A DNA stretch of 63,834 nt, counting the filler, from Octopus bimaculoides (lineage: Eukaryota): the NCBI RefSeq assembly GCF_001194135.2. It is 9 parts of 9 records of this genome, joined end to end, with 100 filler letters (N's around TTAATTAATTAA, not from the genome) between each part and the next. Parts side by side here need not be neighbours in the genome. Positions count along the whole stretch, not along the records: positions 61,536 to 63,834 come from NW_026386337.1; 8 more parts are not named here. One strand, 5' to 3'. The translations under genes were made by a program, and so were the position numbers. Positions within the stretch are counted from its first letter, which is position 1; every line of letters begins with the position of its first letter. Below are positions 61,536-63,834 of this stretch, piece after piece. Under the pieces are notes generated by a model. It was given only the letters and a program-made list of their open reading frames with translations. It was not told where the DNA came from and made no database searches.

Positions 61536-62842
61536 CATATGAACCATCACACACATACGTTTGCTTACACACACACCACAAGGATGTTTAAAATAACACA
61601 CCCACTCAGACAGAGAGACACACACACACTCCCATACACAAATGCACACATACATACACACACATACGCACACATACGTACACACCCTCACACATACATA
61701 CGGTTGCTCTCACACACACACACACACACCACAAGGACGATCAAAACAACGCATACATACTCAGACAAAGAGATATACGCACACTCTCACGTACACACAC
61801 CTAACATCCCCACCGACACATAAAACACTCAAACACACACTCATATACACATTCCACAATAAACTCTGGGACCAATAAAAACAGCACACACACACACACA
61901 CACACGTACACAAACACACATATANNNNNNNNNNNNNNNNNNNNNNNNNNNNNNNNNNNNNNNNNNNNNNNNNNNNNNNNNNNNNNNNNNNNNNNNNNNN
62001 NNNNNNNNNNNNNNNNNNNNNNNNNNNNNNNNNNNNNNNNNNNNNNNNNNNNNNNNNNNNNNNNNNNNNNNNNNNNNNNNNNNNNNNNNNNNNNNNNNNN
62101 NNNNNNNNNNNNNNNNNNNNNNNNNNNNNNNNNNNNNNNNNNNNNNNNNNNNNNNNNNNNNNNNNNNNNNNNNNNNNNNNNNNNNNNNNNNNNNNNNNNN
62201 NNNNNNNNNNNNNNNNNNNNNNNNNNNNNNNNNNNNNNNNNNNNNNNNNNNNNNNNNNNNNNNNNNNNNNNNNNNNNNNNNNNNNNNNNNNNNNNNNNNN
62301 NNNNNNNNNNNNNNNNNNNNNNNNNNNNNNNNNNNNNNNNNNNNNNNNNNNNNNNNNNNNNNNNNNNNNNNNNNNNNNNNNNNNNNNNNNNNNNNNNNNN
62401 NNNNNNNNNNNNNNNNNNNNNNNNNNNNNNNNNNNNNNNNNNNNNNNNNNNNNNNNNNNNNNNNNNNNNNNNNNNNNNNNNNNNNNNNNNNNNNNNNNNN
62501 NNNNNNNNNNNNNNNNNNNNNNNNNNNNNNNNNNNNNNNNNNNNNNNNNNNNNNNNNNNNNNNNNNNNNNNNNNNNNTTTCATATATATTTCCACTCGTA
62601 CGGTATTCCACAACTTTACTTTATTATATATATATATATATTATTATATGTATTTATTTTCTCCTAGTAATAAATAACTCGGATAAAATAAATTGGTTAA
62701 TAGATACCAGGGTAGCAAAGATCACAAAATAACTGTGGTGTAACTCCTGTTTATGAGGTAGAAACTCCTTAATATTTTGGGTATTTGAGTATATATAAAT
62801 TTAAAGAATGGAGTAAACGCATATTATAACTACATACTTTTA

Positions 62843-62926
62843 TTCCGACATATGTTTCGAAGAATTACAATTTATACGATCCATAGGAATCGGCGATGTT
62901 AAAAACGTAAACTTCTCCTCAGGGAA
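62843..62926 (-). ncRNA. Predicted type I hammerhead ribozyme with an extended stem II (left arm, intact core)
   Basis: ttcc-CTGAGGA-gaag(49 nt)cttc-GAAA-catatg-TC-ggaa, with palindromic ACATATGT at stem III. Confidence 0.75.
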
Positions 62927-63502
62927 ATGTATGGGAACCACCTTAAACGTAAGATATTATAACCGAATATGAAAACTATAGTTGGAAAAGGTTATAACGT
63001 AATGTATTTGAAAAAGCCATTGGAGATTAGGACGCTACCAGATAGTAAGTTGGACAAGGGAAGAAAAGAAGAAAAGAAAAAAAGAAAGAAAGTTCTGAGT
63101 GGGTTTCTACGTAGGTGTGTATATATGTATTTATTCGAGTATGTGTGTGTTTGTTTGTGTATATGCGTAGTCACATAAGTATAAATGATGATATACATTC
63201 ATCTCAGTATTTTTGTAGAAACACAAGATTAACCCTATTTATGATTCCTTTTTATTACATAACATTCCTCTCCAATTCTTTATTGGATTTATATCATCCT
63301 ATCGTCTCCCAACTCTACACTCTGAATTTTCTTTCTTTTTTTCTTTTTTCTTTTCTTCTTTTCTTCCCTTCTTGTCCAACGTTCTATCTGGTAGCGTCCT
63401 AATCTCCAACGGTTTTTTCAAATACATTACGTTACAACCTTTTCCAACTATAGTTCTCAAATTCGGTTATAATGTCTTACGTTTAAGCTGGTTCCCATAC
63501 AT

Positions 63503-63583
63503 TTCCCTGAGAAGTTTACATTTTTAACATCGCCGATTCCTATGGATCGCATAAATTGTAATTCTTCGAAACATATGTCGGAA
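63503..63583 (+). ncRNA. Hammerhead of the right arm, with a 3-nt core deletion (probably inactive)
   Basis: ttcc-CTGA[GGA missing]-gaag...cttc-GAAA-catatg-TC-ggaa. Confidence 0.65.
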
Positions 63584-63834
63584 TAAAAGTATGCAGTTAT
63601 AATATGCGTTTACTCCATTACTTAAATTTATATATATATATATATATATGCATATATATATANNNNNNNNNNTATATATATATATATATATATGCATATA
63701 TATATATGCATATATATATATATGCATATATATATATATGCATATATATATATGCATATATATATATATGCATATAAATATATGCATATATATATGTACA
63801 TATATATATGCATATATATATATATACATATATA

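Larger units (their letters stand above)
62790..63636. mobile_element. Foldback element: about 310-bp inverted arms (62790-63101 and 63318-63636), 216-bp spacer, a hammerhead motif in each arm
   Basis: Arms align end to end with scattered substitutions and indels. The outer ends run into (TA)n. Confidence 0.9.

Noticed and set aside
228-63829. Long ORFs in the supplied track containing X runs or VC/YI/HT/RE/poly-M/poly-I stretches
   Set aside because: They are translations of N gaps and of (TG)n, (TA)n, (GA)n, (ATC)n and (AAT)n microsatellites.

Overview
AT-rich, microsatellite-dense, gappy eukaryotic DNA. The SINE families, transposon types and repeat load suggest an octopod cephalopod (Octopus-like); this is an inference, not a database result. 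The window is not one locus: eight identical 100-bp linkers (44 N + TTAATTAATTAA + 44 N) join nine separate scaffolds (1-9679, 9780-19919, 20020-35121, 35222-39888, 39989-49270, 49371-52111, 52212-59098, 59199-61435, 61536-63834). The only well-supported host gene is four consecutive phase 1-1 exons (54706-57738, +) of a secreted or membrane protein with calcium-binding EGF repeats. The rest is mostly decayed mobile elements: mariner, maT/DD37D-like and hAT (Charlie/Buster-like) DNA transposons, a Ty3/Gypsy LTR element nested in an RTE LINE, HERO-like and R4/Dong-like LINE fragments, at least four SINE families, and MITE/foldback elements. The most interesting signal is eight predicted minimal type I hammerhead ribozyme motifs from about six unrelated sequence contexts. 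Several carry non-canonical cores (U3-A8 covariant, U4C, A6U, 1-nt insertion). One lies in a short element with a tRNA-like Pol III head, and two form the arms of an 850-bp foldback. Nearly all supplied ORFs are microsatellite or N-gap artefacts. There is no CRISPR array or rRNA, and no convincing intact tRNA gene.
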